Part shown: positions 33,013 through 41,973 of the stretch, piece after piece
Layout of the letters: every line of letters begins with the position of its first letter
How positions within the stretch are numbered: position 1 is the first letter of the stretch
Assembly (NCBI GenBank): GCA_030393635.1
Contig: GCA_030393635.1_4352.1
Direction: 5' to 3' (one strand)
Length of the DNA stretch: 44,340 nt
DNA from: a phage
Position numbers and translations under genes: made by a program
Notes under the pieces: generated by a model
Databases searched by the model: none
What the model saw: the letters and a program-made list of their open reading frames with translations, nothing else
What the model was told of the DNA's origin: nothing

Positions 33013-34088
33013 TATTCCCCTTTCAGATAATCAGCAACACGTTTATCGAGTTCCGCCATCTGCTTAAGCGTGAGCGGATTCCCGAAACCATCTACAGATA
33101 TTACGCGAAACTCTTCCGGCGATATACCGCTGTTGCGGAAAATCTTACCGCGAACAGGGCCTAGTGCTTCATCCTGAAACCATGCCGGTTGTTGTTTCAG
33201 GAACTCGTAATAGGTGGTGTCCGCACTTACCTGAGTACCGCCTTCGGCGCCCTTAGCCGCTCGTTTCGCTCCTTTATCGAGGAAGTCGAACTCCGAACTT
33301 ATTACAGGTGCCGTGCACGACCGACAGTTCGGATGGGCCGGAGGCATCGGCCCTTTACCAATTTCCCACGTCATTCCGTCTCTGGCTCTGCAAATCGTAC
33401 TGGTACGGCTGTCCAGCGTTGACACCCATTCGTACTTCTCGATGATGTCGTCGTTCTGACGGTACGTTTCGTTACGTGCTTCGTTGGATACGTGGGACAG
33501 CGCGGTGCGGATTACCGTAGCGGCGTTGCGTTCCGAGATGTCAGCCAGCCCGCCAGCGCCTACGACATTCTTAACAATCTGCCGTGTGGTTTGGCCTTGT
33601 ACAAAGCCCATCTTAACGCCGGTTACCAGGCGCGATACTTCTGTTTCGCCCCAGCCTGACATCAGCTTGGTGAAATCGACAGGCTTGTCGCCCAACGATA
33701 AGGGTTGAAACTCGGCAGCGGCCCACACCTGCTCTGCGGTAGGCGTAACAAATTCCACGTCAACGTTGGCGGTCAGCGTTTTTACGTTCCACTCTGCCTC
33801 ATACGCCGCCAGCTCCTTGAGGTCTTCTGTCAGCTTTGTTTGCCAGTCGCCTGTAAGCCCGGTTAATGCTTCTTCAATGTCGCGTAACAGTTTATTCAGG
33901 CGCGCTGTGCTGCGACCGTCGTCACCGAACAGCAAAACCTGCCATTTGATTTCGTCCCGCATTTCCTGAAGAAACGGCGCAAGGTCTTTCACTTCACCGG
34001 ATGCGGTGCGTTGCAGCCATATCTGGTGGCTGATTAGGGATGTAAGTAAGCTCATAGATAAACCCTGTGGTGCTAAAGTTAATAGCAT
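33012..34088 (-). CDS. Head morphogenesis / minor head protein
   Basis: 358-aa ORF immediately downstream of the portal gene. Confidence 0.55.
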   Translation of the reverse strand: MLLTLAPQGLSMSLLTSLISHQIWLQRTASGEVKDLAPFLQEMRDEIKWQVLLFGDDGRSTARLNKLLRDIEEALTGLTGDWQTKLTEDLKELAAYEAEWNVKTLTANVDVEFVTPTAEQVWAAAEFQPLSLGDKPVDFTKLMSGWGETEVSRLVTGVKMGFVQGQTTRQIVKNVVGAGGLADISERNAATVIRTALSHVSNEARNETYRQNDDIIEKYEWVSTLDSRTSTICRARDGMTWEIGKGPMPPAHPNCRSCTAPVISSEFDFLDKGAKRAAKGAEGGTQVSADTTYYEFLKQQPAWFQDEALGPVRGKIFRNSGISPEEFRVISVDGFGNPLTLKQMAELDKRVADYLKGE

Positions 34089-34124
34089 ACTATAAGAAAG
34101 CCCCTTTCGGGGCTATATGCGAAC

Positions 34125-35606
34125 TTACTGCTGAGCGGTGTCTTGTTGCCGCGCCGACTGCGGAATCTCCCCCGCTACCTGAGTGACAGCACCTAACGGC
34201 AGCGGTGCATCCTCGATTGCGTTCTGAATATCCTCGTCAGTCCAGTCGGTTACACCCGCCTTGCGCAATGCGGCGTAGTAGGCAGTAGCTGGTAACAGGC
34301 CTGCGTTAATGTCCGCCATCCACTGAGCGCGGTCCTGAGCGGTCATCGGTTGCAGGAAGAACTCCATGTTCAGTTTGAATTCAATCTCTGTGCCTTCACG
34401 CAACCCTAGCATTGCAGCTACCCAGCGCAGCGCATCGGTATACGCCATGCTTACGTTACGCGCGATTGTCGCCATAACGGACGTATCAGCGCCGCGTTGC
34501 AGGCGAGCCGATTCCGCGGTGATTTGCTGCGTGGGGGTGATAAGCTGCGCGCCAATCTGGATGGCCTGATTCTCTTTATCCAGCATGTTCTGCTTAGCGA
34601 GGTTGTTCTCTCCTGCCTGAACCAGAAACGCATTGCCGCCGTAACCAATGTTGTGGCCTGAACGCGACCCCATACGCACGCCGTGGGGGTTGGCTTCTTT
34701 CCATTGTTCCATGCTCATATTCTCGCCCGGGGCGATGAACAGAGTGGGCTGGCCTACAACGAAACTGGACTCCTCATTGTCTGCACTGTTGCGGAAATGC
34801 CCAATATTAAGCTCGGCCAACGGCAGCAAAGGTGCATCATCAATGGTTGCGTCATTGTTGCTTGCCCCGATGAACGTGAACGGGATTTTACCGCGCAACT
34901 GTTCGCCAAGTTCCGGGAAGATTTCGATTACTTCATCCTGCGCACCGCCTTCAGCATCGAAGCGGTAAATGCGCTGGCGGTAGCGACCGTCAAGCAGGTC
35001 AAGGACTCGGTATTGCTCACCGAACTTGGTTTCGAACTCTGTGCCAGGTTCTGAGTATTCCCATACCTCACGCAGCACGACCATAGTCACGCAGTTCACT
35101 GAACCGATGCGGGTCAGTCGCCAGTTGATGATGTTCTCTGCGGTGTAGAATGCGATGACCGGGTTTAATAATCCCGCGTTCTGTTCGGCTGCCGTTGCCG
35201 CGGCTGTCTCCGGCGCGTCCACCAGCAACCCGCCACGACCCACCGAGTCAATCTCCATTAACGTATCCTGCGCGTGCTGCCACAGCCCGACACCAGAACC
35301 GTCAGCGTTGCGTAACAGGTATTCCAGTTCAGGTGGGATAATCTGCTCGGGGTCTTTGCGCATCACTGACCCCACCATCCCCGCCAGGGTACGTTTAGTG
35401 AAGTTATAGCAGATAGCGCCGTTCTCGTATTCTTCCTGGCGCTGTGCCGCGTAGGTCGGGTCAGGCTCGTTCTTCCCGACATTGCGCAGATAACGAATAA
35501 GGTCACCCTCCAGTGCGTGGCGCACCTTCTGCCATTTATCGAAGTGATGCAGCCATTCCTGGTGTTTTGTCTTAACACCCTGATTCTGACCGTTCATAGT
35601 TAACAT
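34125..35606 (-). CDS. Portal protein
   Basis: 493-aa ORF immediately downstream of the large terminase gene. Confidence 0.75.
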   Translation of the reverse strand: MLTMNGQNQGVKTKHQEWLHHFDKWQKVRHALEGDLIRYLRNVGKNEPDPTYAAQRQEEYENGAICYNFTKRTLAGMVGSVMRKDPEQIIPPELEYLLRNADGSGVGLWQHAQDTLMEIDSVGRGGLLVDAPETAAATAAEQNAGLLNPVIAFYTAENIINWRLTRIGSVNCVTMVVLREVWEYSEPGTEFETKFGEQYRVLDLLDGRYRQRIYRFDAEGGAQDEVIEIFPELGEQLRGKIPFTFIGASNNDATIDDAPLLPLAELNIGHFRNSADNEESSFVVGQPTLFIAPGENMSMEQWKEANPHGVRMGSRSGHNIGYGGNAFLVQAGENNLAKQNMLDKENQAIQIGAQLITPTQQITAESARLQRGADTSVMATIARNVSMAYTDALRWVAAMLGLREGTEIEFKLNMEFFLQPMTAQDRAQWMADINAGLLPATAYYAALRKAGVTDWTDEDIQNAIEDAPLPLGAVTQVAGEIPQSARQQDTAQQ

Positions 35607-35618
35607 TGAATAATCCTC

Positions 35619-36869
35619 TTAAAGTGCGAAAGTCACCGGGATGTTGATTACGGGTTTAACCACCGGCATCTCGTAAACTACAGGATAACCGAGAGCATCG
35701 GCCATATGGTCAATGATGCCGTCTTTAGCTGGCTCTCCGTTATCGTCATATGCCTGCTGCTCCAGCGTCTTCGCTATCTCAGGGCATAAGTGGTCGTTAA
35801 CCCACAGCTTACCTTTTTCCAGTGCGGTATTCACCGCTAAAACGCGGTCTTTAACCGGAGGGTTGGCAGATTTAGCGCGAACATCGAACCCGGCCTGCTG
35901 GAGTAACGCAATATCAGAGATTGATGCCGAGTTTGTCTTGCGGTTCTTGCCGCTGGCGTCGGGGTAAACGACGATACGGTGGCCTTGCGACTTCCACTTC
36001 TCGGTAATTACGCGCACGGTGTCAGGCGTATCGAACAGTCCTTTCAGTTCTGCTACCGCGTGCCACCCGTTAGGGCGTTGCACATATACGGCGCTGGCGT
36101 TTTTCGTAACGTTGAAGTCCTGCCCGATGTACAGAGTGTCGCCCGGTTCGATTGTCTCTTTGCTGCGGTGCTTACGGCGGTCGTATGCGTAATACACGCT
36201 GCCGGAGGTCAGGTTGACAAACTCACCGTTGAGATACGCGTTAATCAACTGCGCCGGATATGTCTCGGTCAGTGAGCTAATGTAATCTGGTGGCAGGAAC
36301 CGCGCATTCTCATGAGTTGATGCCTGCACCATAGAGTAACTTGGCGTCGGGTTCTCTTTGAACTTGGCATAGACGAACTTGAACCCTTCCGGCGTCGTGG
36401 TGACGGAGATGTGGTTAGTTACACCCGGGATAACAAGACGCATACGGGCAACAATTTTGTTCCATGCCAGTTCAGCTTTCTCGCGACTCAATACGTCCAA
36501 CTCATCGACGACCGCAGCCGCGATTTTGAAGCCGACGATAGAGCCGGGGTTATCCATTGAACGGCAGATAACCGTACCGAGCACCGTCTTGCCTCGCGTA
36601 ACAACGACCTCTTTGTCGCCGGATTTAACAAGCACATCAAGGCCGAGCAGGTTAGCCGCTTCCTCGAATGTCGGGTAGAAGATGTCGCGGATGGCCGGGT
36701 ATGTAGGGCCGAAGTAGCCCAGGCGAGTACCTGGGTGCTTGAGCATAAACGTAAGCAGGTCAAGGCAGCCAACAAATGTCTTGCCGCTGCCGAAACCGCC
36801 GACGTAGGCTTTGTATTTGTTATCGCAATTCAGGAACAGCGCCTGCGGGGCGGATAGCTGAATACTCAT
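35619..36869 (-). CDS. Terminase large subunit
   Basis: 416-aa ORF; Walker A VGGFGSGKT near the N-terminus; nuclease-type acidic residues in the C-terminal half. Confidence 0.85.
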   Translation of the reverse strand: MSIQLSAPQALFLNCDNKYKAYVGGFGSGKTFVGCLDLLTFMLKHPGTRLGYFGPTYPAIRDIFYPTFEEAANLLGLDVLVKSGDKEVVVTRGKTVLGTVICRSMDNPGSIVGFKIAAAVVDELDVLSREKAELAWNKIVARMRLVIPGVTNHISVTTTPEGFKFVYAKFKENPTPSYSMVQASTHENARFLPPDYISSLTETYPAQLINAYLNGEFVNLTSGSVYYAYDRRKHRSKETIEPGDTLYIGQDFNVTKNASAVYVQRPNGWHAVAELKGLFDTPDTVRVITEKWKSQGHRIVVYPDASGKNRKTNSASISDIALLQQAGFDVRAKSANPPVKDRVLAVNTALEKGKLWVNDHLCPEIAKTLEQQAYDDNGEPAKDGIIDHMADALGYPVVYEMPVVKPVINIPVTFAL

Positions 36870-37411
36870 TCCTCTACCTCGCCCATGTTCGTCGTAACGA
36901 TTTTACCTACCGGCTCCGCCACGGTGAACACAATCTCAGTTGGCGCTGTTTCTTCGGTGGATTCAACTGGTTTCTCTTTGCTTAACCCCAGCTTGGCAGC
37001 AGCAAACGTGGCGGAGATACCCGCGGCACCCGTCTCAGTGAAATATGCCTCTTCCAGCGCCTGCGCCGTTTCATAGGCTTCCGCGAAAGCCGGAATCTCA
37101 CGCAGCCACAGCTTAATAATCGGGATAGTGACGCCGATATGTAAGGCGAAGCGGGCTAGTGACGGAGGTTTATCCTGAATAAGCGGGCGTTCGTCGCCCT
37201 TGGACGTAGGTACGAGTTCCCACGACGTTCGGTCAAAGAACCTGATTAACTCGTCGCAATAGTCCGGGTCCCACAATGCCGCGGAATTACGGGATGACTG
37301 GTAAAGGCTCTGTTTACCGCGCGGTCGTTTACGGCGACGGTTGGCGCTAACAGCCTCTTCATGTGCAGCTTGCACCACCTCAGGTGATGGTTGCTTAAGT
37401 GTAAGTTTCAT
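36866..37411 (-). CDS. Terminase small subunit
   Basis: 181-aa ORF overlapping the large terminase start; HTH-like LARFALHIGVTIPIIKLWLREIPAF. Confidence 0.6.
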   Translation of the reverse strand: MKLTLKQPSPEVVQAAHEEAVSANRRRKRPRGKQSLYQSSRNSAALWDPDYCDELIRFFDRTSWELVPTSKGDERPLIQDKPPSLARFALHIGVTIPIIKLWLREIPAFAEAYETAQALEEAYFTETGAAGISATFAAAKLGLSKEKPVESTEETAPTEIVFTVAEPVGKIVTTNMGEVEE

Positions 37412-37504
37412 ATAACCCCCGACATATGCGTCCGACCATCAGAGCGCATCAGACGCGCCCTACGCGTCTAAAGGGATTATATAAGGGGATTGGGCGGGAT
37501 GTAC

Positions 37505-37530
37505 AGAAAAGCCCTCCGTAGAGGGCTTGT
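37505..37530 (-). terminator. Intrinsic terminator between the small-gene block and the terminase operon
   Basis: AGCCCTC-cgta-GAGGGCT stem followed by a T-run on the minus strand. Confidence 0.6.
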
Positions 37531-37629
37531 ATCAGTTGTATAGGCCGTGTCGTGAGGCTCTTTTACCATCGCCGTCGTAATGGTCGTTAGCTACGGCGAT
37601 AGCCCAGGCGTTCGGGATGATTAACAGTC

Positions 37630-37863
37630 TCATTCCTTCTCCCCTCTGGCGATACGTTGCTCTGTTTTAGTGATACCGCGGCGCGTGAATAACACCGGGC
37701 TTGTCTTAACGTGCGTCATGAGACGGTTGTTATAAATTACATGGCGCTCGCAGTTCACGTCTTTGCTGTACTTGGCAATCGTCATCTCGCAGATACCGGT
37801 TTGTCGGCAAGTCTCCGACATATTTCCGTACTCTTCGATCAGTTTAGGGATGCTGGTAATCAA
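37630..37863 (-). CDS. Hypothetical small protein
   Basis: 77-aa ORF, last in a chain of overlapping small ORFs. Confidence 0.4.
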   Translation of the reverse strand: MITSIPKLIEEYGNMSETCRQTGICEMTIAKYSKDVNCERHVIYNNRLMTHVKTSPVLFTRRGITKTEQRIARGEKE

Positions 37864-38141
37864 TTTGTCTCTCCTTTAGTGACGGTAATATCTTTCTTGT
37901 TAAGGTCTACGAAAATCGTATGTGCGCCGCTTGTGTAAATGTGGCACCGCGGGACTAGGCTTTCTGTGGTCCATAAAAACTCGTACGGACGGTCGGCGCG
38001 CACCCTTCTAACCTCAAACTTGCCGTATTTAACAATAACTCCGTAGTTATGTACCGCGGAGGGGTTGCAAAATCTACAATAAACGGCTTCTTCTATAGCG
38101 GATTCAATATCAGTGAATCTCGCGGAAACAGTACGTGCCAC
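37860..38141 (-). CDS. Hypothetical small protein
   Basis: 93-aa ORF with 4-nt overlap to its neighbour. Confidence 0.4.
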   Translation of the reverse strand: MARTVSARFTDIESAIEEAVYCRFCNPSAVHNYGVIVKYGKFEVRRVRADRPYEFLWTTESLVPRCHIYTSGAHTIFVDLNKKDITVTKGETN

Positions 38142-38144
38142 ACA

Positions 38145-38327
38145 TTACCCCACTATCTCATCACCAAGCCACGCCGTTTCTCGTATATCATCGACCACAC
38201 AGGCGGCGTGCTCCCGGCTAATTGCAAAAATGTAGAAGCTAAACTTCTTCCCGTCGGCGTCGATGTGGTTAACCGAGTATGGTTTCCACAGGACGCCGTC
38301 GATAACTACTGGCTCAGGCGCTTTCAT
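38145..38327 (-). CDS. Hypothetical small protein
   Basis: ORF 38145..38375; ATG at 38327 has GGTGG upstream. Confidence 0.35.
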   Translation of the reverse strand: MKAPEPVVIDGVLWKPYSVNHIDADGKKFSFYIFAISREHAACVVDDIRETAWLGDEIVG

Positions 38328-38601
38328 CTGGCGACCACCAAAGACCACTAAGCATGTTAGTAATCTCCGACTCAAGCCGTTTTCCTAACTCCGATTCTGC
38401 GCAATGCTCGCCCCATTCCCCCGACTCTAGAAGGGCGACAATATTTTCTATGTCCGCCGTTAATGTGAGTAACTGCTTAAACGCCTCCAGTTGAAACTCA
38501 CCGTTAATTGACAGTTGCCCGCCTAACGTCTGTTTCTCTGACTCAAGCACCAGGATACGGCGCTCGAGCGATGCGATTGTGATTTTAGGCATTGGTATCA
38601 C
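38314..38601 (-). CDS. Hypothetical small protein
   Basis: 95-aa ORF. Confidence 0.4.
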   Translation of the reverse strand: MIPMPKITIASLERRILVLESEKQTLGGQLSINGEFQLEAFKQLLTLTADIENIVALLESGEWGEHCAESELGKRLESEITNMLSGLWWSPDESA

Positions 38602-38770
38602 CTTTGTTCAGGTTGAAGCGGTTAATCAGTTCACGGCGTGTCTCATAAAGCGACTCAACCATTTGCTCAGCTACAGCAATTTTAGTATTAATGACGTACA
38701 TCACGTGTCCGATGTCTACGCCGCCGTTAACGGCTTCTACCATCATCTTTTCGTATTCACGGTCAGTCAT
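38585..38770 (-). CDS. Hypothetical small protein
   Basis: 61-aa ORF; its start overlaps the upstream stop (ATGA). Confidence 0.4.
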   Translation of the reverse strand: MTDREYEKMMVEAVNGGVDIGHVMYVINTKIAVAEQMVESLYETRRELINRFNLNKGDTNA

Positions 38771-38924
38771 TTTTACGCTCTCCCCACATGCGATTAAGAT
38801 ACTTGTTCTTGTCTGGCCCCGGGAAACTGTTACGTTTCATCAGTTCCTCACGTGTCGGGAACGGGGTGTGACTGACTTTACGGCCTACTCGTAATGGTTG
38901 ACTTACCGGGCCTTGTTCACTCAT
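38763..38924 (-). CDS. Hypothetical small protein (53 aa)
   Basis: Fills the gap between neighbours; ATGA start/stop overlaps on both sides. Confidence 0.35.
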   Translation of the reverse strand: MSEQGPVSQPLRVGRKVSHTPFPTREELMKRNSFPGPDKNKYLNRMWGERKND

Positions 38925-39118
38925 TCTACAACCTCCCATTTAACGCCGTGGAAACCATCACCGTCATCGTTACCAAAGTCTATGAAAATATGGCAGTCGT
39001 CGTCGGAGTCTATATAACCGAAACCAGTAGCTGTCGGGTTGTATACATCATACACTTTACCCTCTGTGACATAGTCAAGGGCGGCTAACCAGAGAATTTT
39101 AGCGGCTTTAACTTTCAT
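38921..39118 (-). CDS. Hypothetical small acidic protein
   Basis: 65-aa ORF. Confidence 0.4.
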   Translation of the reverse strand: MKVKAAKILWLAALDYVTEGKVYDVYNPTATGFGYIDSDDDCHIFIDFGNDDGDGFHGVKWEVVE

Positions 39119-39264
39119 TTCTTCTCTCCTGCATAAGCTGCTTTCAGTGTCTGCATAGCGGCGAACCAGAACGAATCCGCGGGGATGCTTCCACCCAGGT
39201 TACTAACGGCAATACGTGCCATCAGTTGCGCGTCTTCGAATGCCTCGATATCTGTGATTTTCAT
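39115..39264 (-). CDS. Hypothetical small protein (49 aa)
   Basis: ATGA overlaps with both neighbours. Confidence 0.35.
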   Translation of the reverse strand: MKITDIEAFEDAQLMARIAVSNLGGSIPADSFWFAAMQTLKAAYAGEKK

Positions 39265-39458
39265 TCGTATCCCTCAAACTTACGTAAATCGCCTTTAGTG
39301 ATATATTTACGGCGGGCCAATATCGTGTCCACGTCATAATCCATTAGTGCGCCTGTTTCACATCCATCCGGCGTCATACTTGGCCCGTAAACAGAAAGAC
39401 CCATCTCGTTAAGGTACTCCATAAACTGCTCTACCGTTTTCTTCTGGTAACGCTTCAT
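39261..39458 (-). CDS. Hypothetical small protein
   Basis: 65-aa ORF, first gene after the promoter at 39482..39510. Confidence 0.45.
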   Translation of the reverse strand: MKRYQKKTVEQFMEYLNEMGLSVYGPSMTPDGCETGALMDYDVDTILARRKYITKGDLRKFEGYE

Positions 39459-39481
39459 CTTCTCTGCTCCGTTCTCGTTGT

Positions 39482-39510
39482 CGATGAAGTAAATATAATA
39501 GGGTCGAGGG
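39482..39510 (-). promoter_or_regulatory. Sigma70-like promoter (minus strand)
   Basis: TTGACT, 17-bp spacer, TATATT read on the minus strand. Confidence 0.5.
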
Positions 39511-39650
39511 TAATAGTCAACTAGTCATTGCAGAAAATAGATAAAAAAAAAATCCCGGCTGGGTCAGGGCTGGGATAAAACTGGAGAGTAGAGGGATGGA
39601 ACAGGAGGTGATTTAAGTATCGTCGGATTAGTCTTAGGTGTCAATTGGTA

Positions 39651-39682
39651 AAATAAAACCCGGATTCGTGGTCCGGGTTTTG
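39651..39682. terminator. Bidirectional intrinsic terminator
   Basis: AAAA-CCCGGA-ttcgtgg-TCCGGG-TTTT. Confidence 0.7.
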
Positions 39683-39809
39683 GCCATAAGCCTCTGAACC
39701 CTACGCAGTCTCCACCGCTTGGGCTGCTGCTTCAGGTTTACCAAGGCTTAGTATGCAAATACGAAAAACTTGGCTTAACCATAATACTAAACACCTTCGT
39801 ATTCGTCCA

Positions 39810-40310
39810 TCATTTAACAGCCCTCCCGATTGCCTCAGCCTCCCGCCACGGTTTACCGTCGAACAGAGCAAGACGACCGACGGTACGGCGGCGCAGGCCA
39901 AGTAACGGTTTGCCGTGCTGGTTGATGAACAGCGCCAGCTTAGCCCGCAGCGTCGCAGTATCGCCGGAACGCAGCGCCTTACCTGTGCCAGTAGTTGCTG
40001 CAATCACGCCAGCCCCCGCGTTGTAGACCAGGTCGCACACTGCATCAAACTGCGCCTGTGTAAGTGAATGGTGCGCCGCCGCATCAACCGCGGCTACGGC
40101 CTTAGCCATATCGCGATTCAGTAACAGGAGGCCTTGTCCGGGGGTGATGGTCTTACCAGGTGTTACGTCGGGCCCATAGTGCCCATAGCCAATAGTCAGG
40201 TACTTCTCGTTCGGCGTAGCGCGATACGCAGTTCCGCGGAATCCCTCAAACGCAGCGGTGAAATGCAATCCATTATCTGAGATATTTCGAGACACGCTTA
40301 TATCCTCCAT
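39810..40310 (-). CDS. Endolysin, T4 lysozyme-like (GH24)
   Basis: ORF 39810..40346 with ATG at 40310; FEGFRGTAYRATPNEKYLTIGYGHYG matches the T4-lysozyme family core. Confidence 0.8.
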   Translation of the reverse strand: MEDISVSRNISDNGLHFTAAFEGFRGTAYRATPNEKYLTIGYGHYGPDVTPGKTITPGQGLLLLNRDMAKAVAAVDAAAHHSLTQAQFDAVCDLVYNAGAGVIAATTGTGKALRSGDTATLRAKLALFINQHGKPLLGLRRRTVGRLALFDGKPWREAEAIGRAVK

Positions 40311-40545
40311 ATGACATCCACGCCTGACGAATCTGGCGTAGCGCAACTAATGTGATTAATGTCTCTGGCAGAGTAGGTGACATGCTGCCCTGTAACAGGT
40401 GGATACATCCGGCAGCGCAGACGATAGCAGTCAGGATGTAGAGCACCCGACCAAATAGCCCGTCGTCAACGCTGGGATGATACACATTAAACAGCGATGT
40501 GCCCCCGATTGCCAGCATACCGCCGAACCAGAATAACTCATTCAT
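40273..40545 (-). CDS. Holin-like / antiholin-like membrane protein
   Basis: In-frame ATG at 40545 after GAGGAGG; two predicted TM helices; overlaps the endolysin start. Confidence 0.5.
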   Translation of the reverse strand: MNELFWFGGMLAIGGTSLFNVYHPSVDDGLFGRVLYILTAIVCAAGCIHLLQGSMSPTLPETLITLVALRQIRQAWMSYGGYKRVSKYLR

Positions 40546-40846
40546 CTGTGCCTCCTCGACGTGCGATGTATTCTCCGGCGACGATACCGGAGAGGCGGGA
40601 ATAGATGGGCATCCAGAGAATAGCGATAATAAATCCCAGGCCAGCGATTTCACGCTCACCGGTAATGCCAAACCATTGAGCCGCGAGAGGCGCACCAAAT
40701 ACGGCGCAGGTGAAGCCAGTTGCGATAAAGCAGAAGCCATCGATAGGGCCAGAAATAACGGACTTATGTTGTCGTAGTCCGATAACCCCTCCGGCTAGTG
40801 CGGCAGCGAGAAGCCAGCCTGTTACTGTTTCAGTAAATTTATCCAA
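40538..40846 (-). CDS. Holin
   Basis: 102-aa ORF with 2-3 TM helices and charged C-terminus, immediately upstream of the endolysin. Confidence 0.6.
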   Translation of the reverse strand: MDKFTETVTGWLLAAALAGGVIGLRQHKSVISGPIDGFCFIATGFTCAVFGAPLAAQWFGITGEREIAGLGFIIAILWMPIYSRLSGIVAGEYIARRGGTDE

Positions 40847-40921
40847 GATGAATCCTCCAGGTGCGTATTAAGTATGCAGTAACTGGAGGATACCACGGGT
40901 AGGAATTATCTTAATAACGGT

Positions 40922-41215
40922 TTATTTATGGCGCCAGATGTATTGGCGTCTCTGCGGTTTCGTCGGAATATCTTCATATCCCAGCGATTTCCAGTAATTA
41001 AATAACCGATTAGCGATAGCGGCGCGTTCCTTTGTTTTAAACTCACCGAGGTTCACGGCCTTCCCGTTCTGGAATCCGCAGGCGCGGACAGCTTTGCGTC
41101 TGGCCTGAATCTCGGGGAACAGTGCGTTACCCCGACGCTTGTATATCTGTGTTTTAGCTCTCGGTGACAGCGGCGCAAGGCCGCTTCGTTTCAGGATGTC
41201 AGTTGCGAGGCTCAT
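40922..41215 (-). CDS. Possible DNA-binding protein
   Basis: ORF 40922..41260 with ATG at 41215 overlapping the upstream stop; basic segment GKAVNLGEFKTKERAAIANRLF. Confidence 0.35.
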   Translation of the reverse strand: MSLATDILKRSGLAPLSPRAKTQIYKRRGNALFPEIQARRKAVRACGFQNGKAVNLGEFKTKERAAIANRLFNYWKSLGYEDIPTKPQRRQYIWRHK

Positions 41216-41403
41216 ATACCGAGAATCCCGCGGGCCATTTCTTCGGTGGCTTTCGAACACGGCTCATACATTACCTGTTCAGCGAAGTTACGCAGCTTAT
41301 GCTCAAGCGCCGCGTAATCATCGTATGTCACATAGTCGCCGTAGTCCCATTTAGCCATCTCAGGCTGGCCCCATCTATCCGATAGCTCATATCTCTGTAC
41401 CAT
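41212..41403 (-). CDS. Small protein, paralog A of a tandem pair
   Basis: Starts MVQRY; shares the DYVTYDDYAALEHKL-type motif with the upstream gene. Confidence 0.4.
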   Translation of the reverse strand: MVQRYELSDRWGQPEMAKWDYGDYVTYDDYAALEHKLRNFAEQVMYEPCSKATEEMARGILGI

Positions 41404-41579
41404 CACTGCGCCCCTCCCACATGTGTAACTGACCCACAGTTCGCGCACTCGACGTAATCCGGGAACTGGTCTTTGTATTTCTGTAACTCAGCTTCTAGCT
41501 TCACGTAGTCTTCGTATTTGACGTATCTACCGTCGGCATCCGGTACACAAAAACCGTTGTTAGAATATCTCTGCGCCAT
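41403..41579 (-). CDS. Small protein, paralog B (C-terminal CxxC)
   Basis: ATG at 41579 after AGGAG; starts MAQRY; RYVKYEDYVKLEAELQKY motif; C-terminal CANCG. Confidence 0.45.
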   Translation of the reverse strand: MAQRYSNNGFCVPDADGRYVKYEDYVKLEAELQKYKDQFPDYVECANCGSVTHVGGAQ

Positions 41580-41581
41580 AA

Positions 41582-41785
41582 TCACTTCTCCTGTTTACCA
41601 AGTCGCTTAGGTGAGCAGATAGCGCGTACCTCTGAATCGTTGGGCTTGTCGACCTGAAACAGGAAGTGCGCGTTCTCTGCGGCGCGTGCGGCTGACTGGC
41701 ACGCCTCCATCGAGTAAAACGTTTCTGATGCCGCTAGTTGCATCTGGCCTGCGGACAGTACCCAGATAAAGAGGATGCTGGTCAT
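41582..41785 (-). CDS. Small secreted/membrane protein
   Basis: ORF 41582..41806 with ATG at 41785 after GGAGG; N-terminal hydrophobic signal-like segment. Confidence 0.4.
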   Translation of the reverse strand: MTSILFIWVLSAGQMQLAASETFYSMEACQSAARAAENAHFLFQVDKPNDSEVRAICSPKRLGKQEK

Positions 41786-41973
41786 TGCTTCGCCTCCACA
41801 CCGCATTTACGGCAATACGGAACACCAGGTCTATTGCCAAAAACCGTCTTACATCTCCACTCATGCTCACACTCATTACCCATTCTCTTGCGAAGTTTGG
41901 CGTAAGCCGCATCGAATCCTTCCGTACGGGCATTGTGCTGGAAGGCGCACCGTGTGCAAAAACAGTCTGCCAT
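41782..41973 (-). CDS. Small zinc-ribbon protein
   Basis: ORF 41782..41985 with ATG at 41973; ECEHEW...CRKCG module. Confidence 0.45.
   Translation of the reverse strand: MADCFCTRCAFQHNARTEGFDAAYAKLRKRMGNECEHEWRCKTVFGNRPGVPYCRKCGVEAKQ

Noticed and set aside
34366-35409. Plus-strand ORFs of 65-123 aa
   Set aside because: Antisense to the portal gene.
39701-40003. 100-aa minus-strand ORF
   Set aside because: Alternative frame within the endolysin gene; the lysozyme frame carries the conserved motifs.
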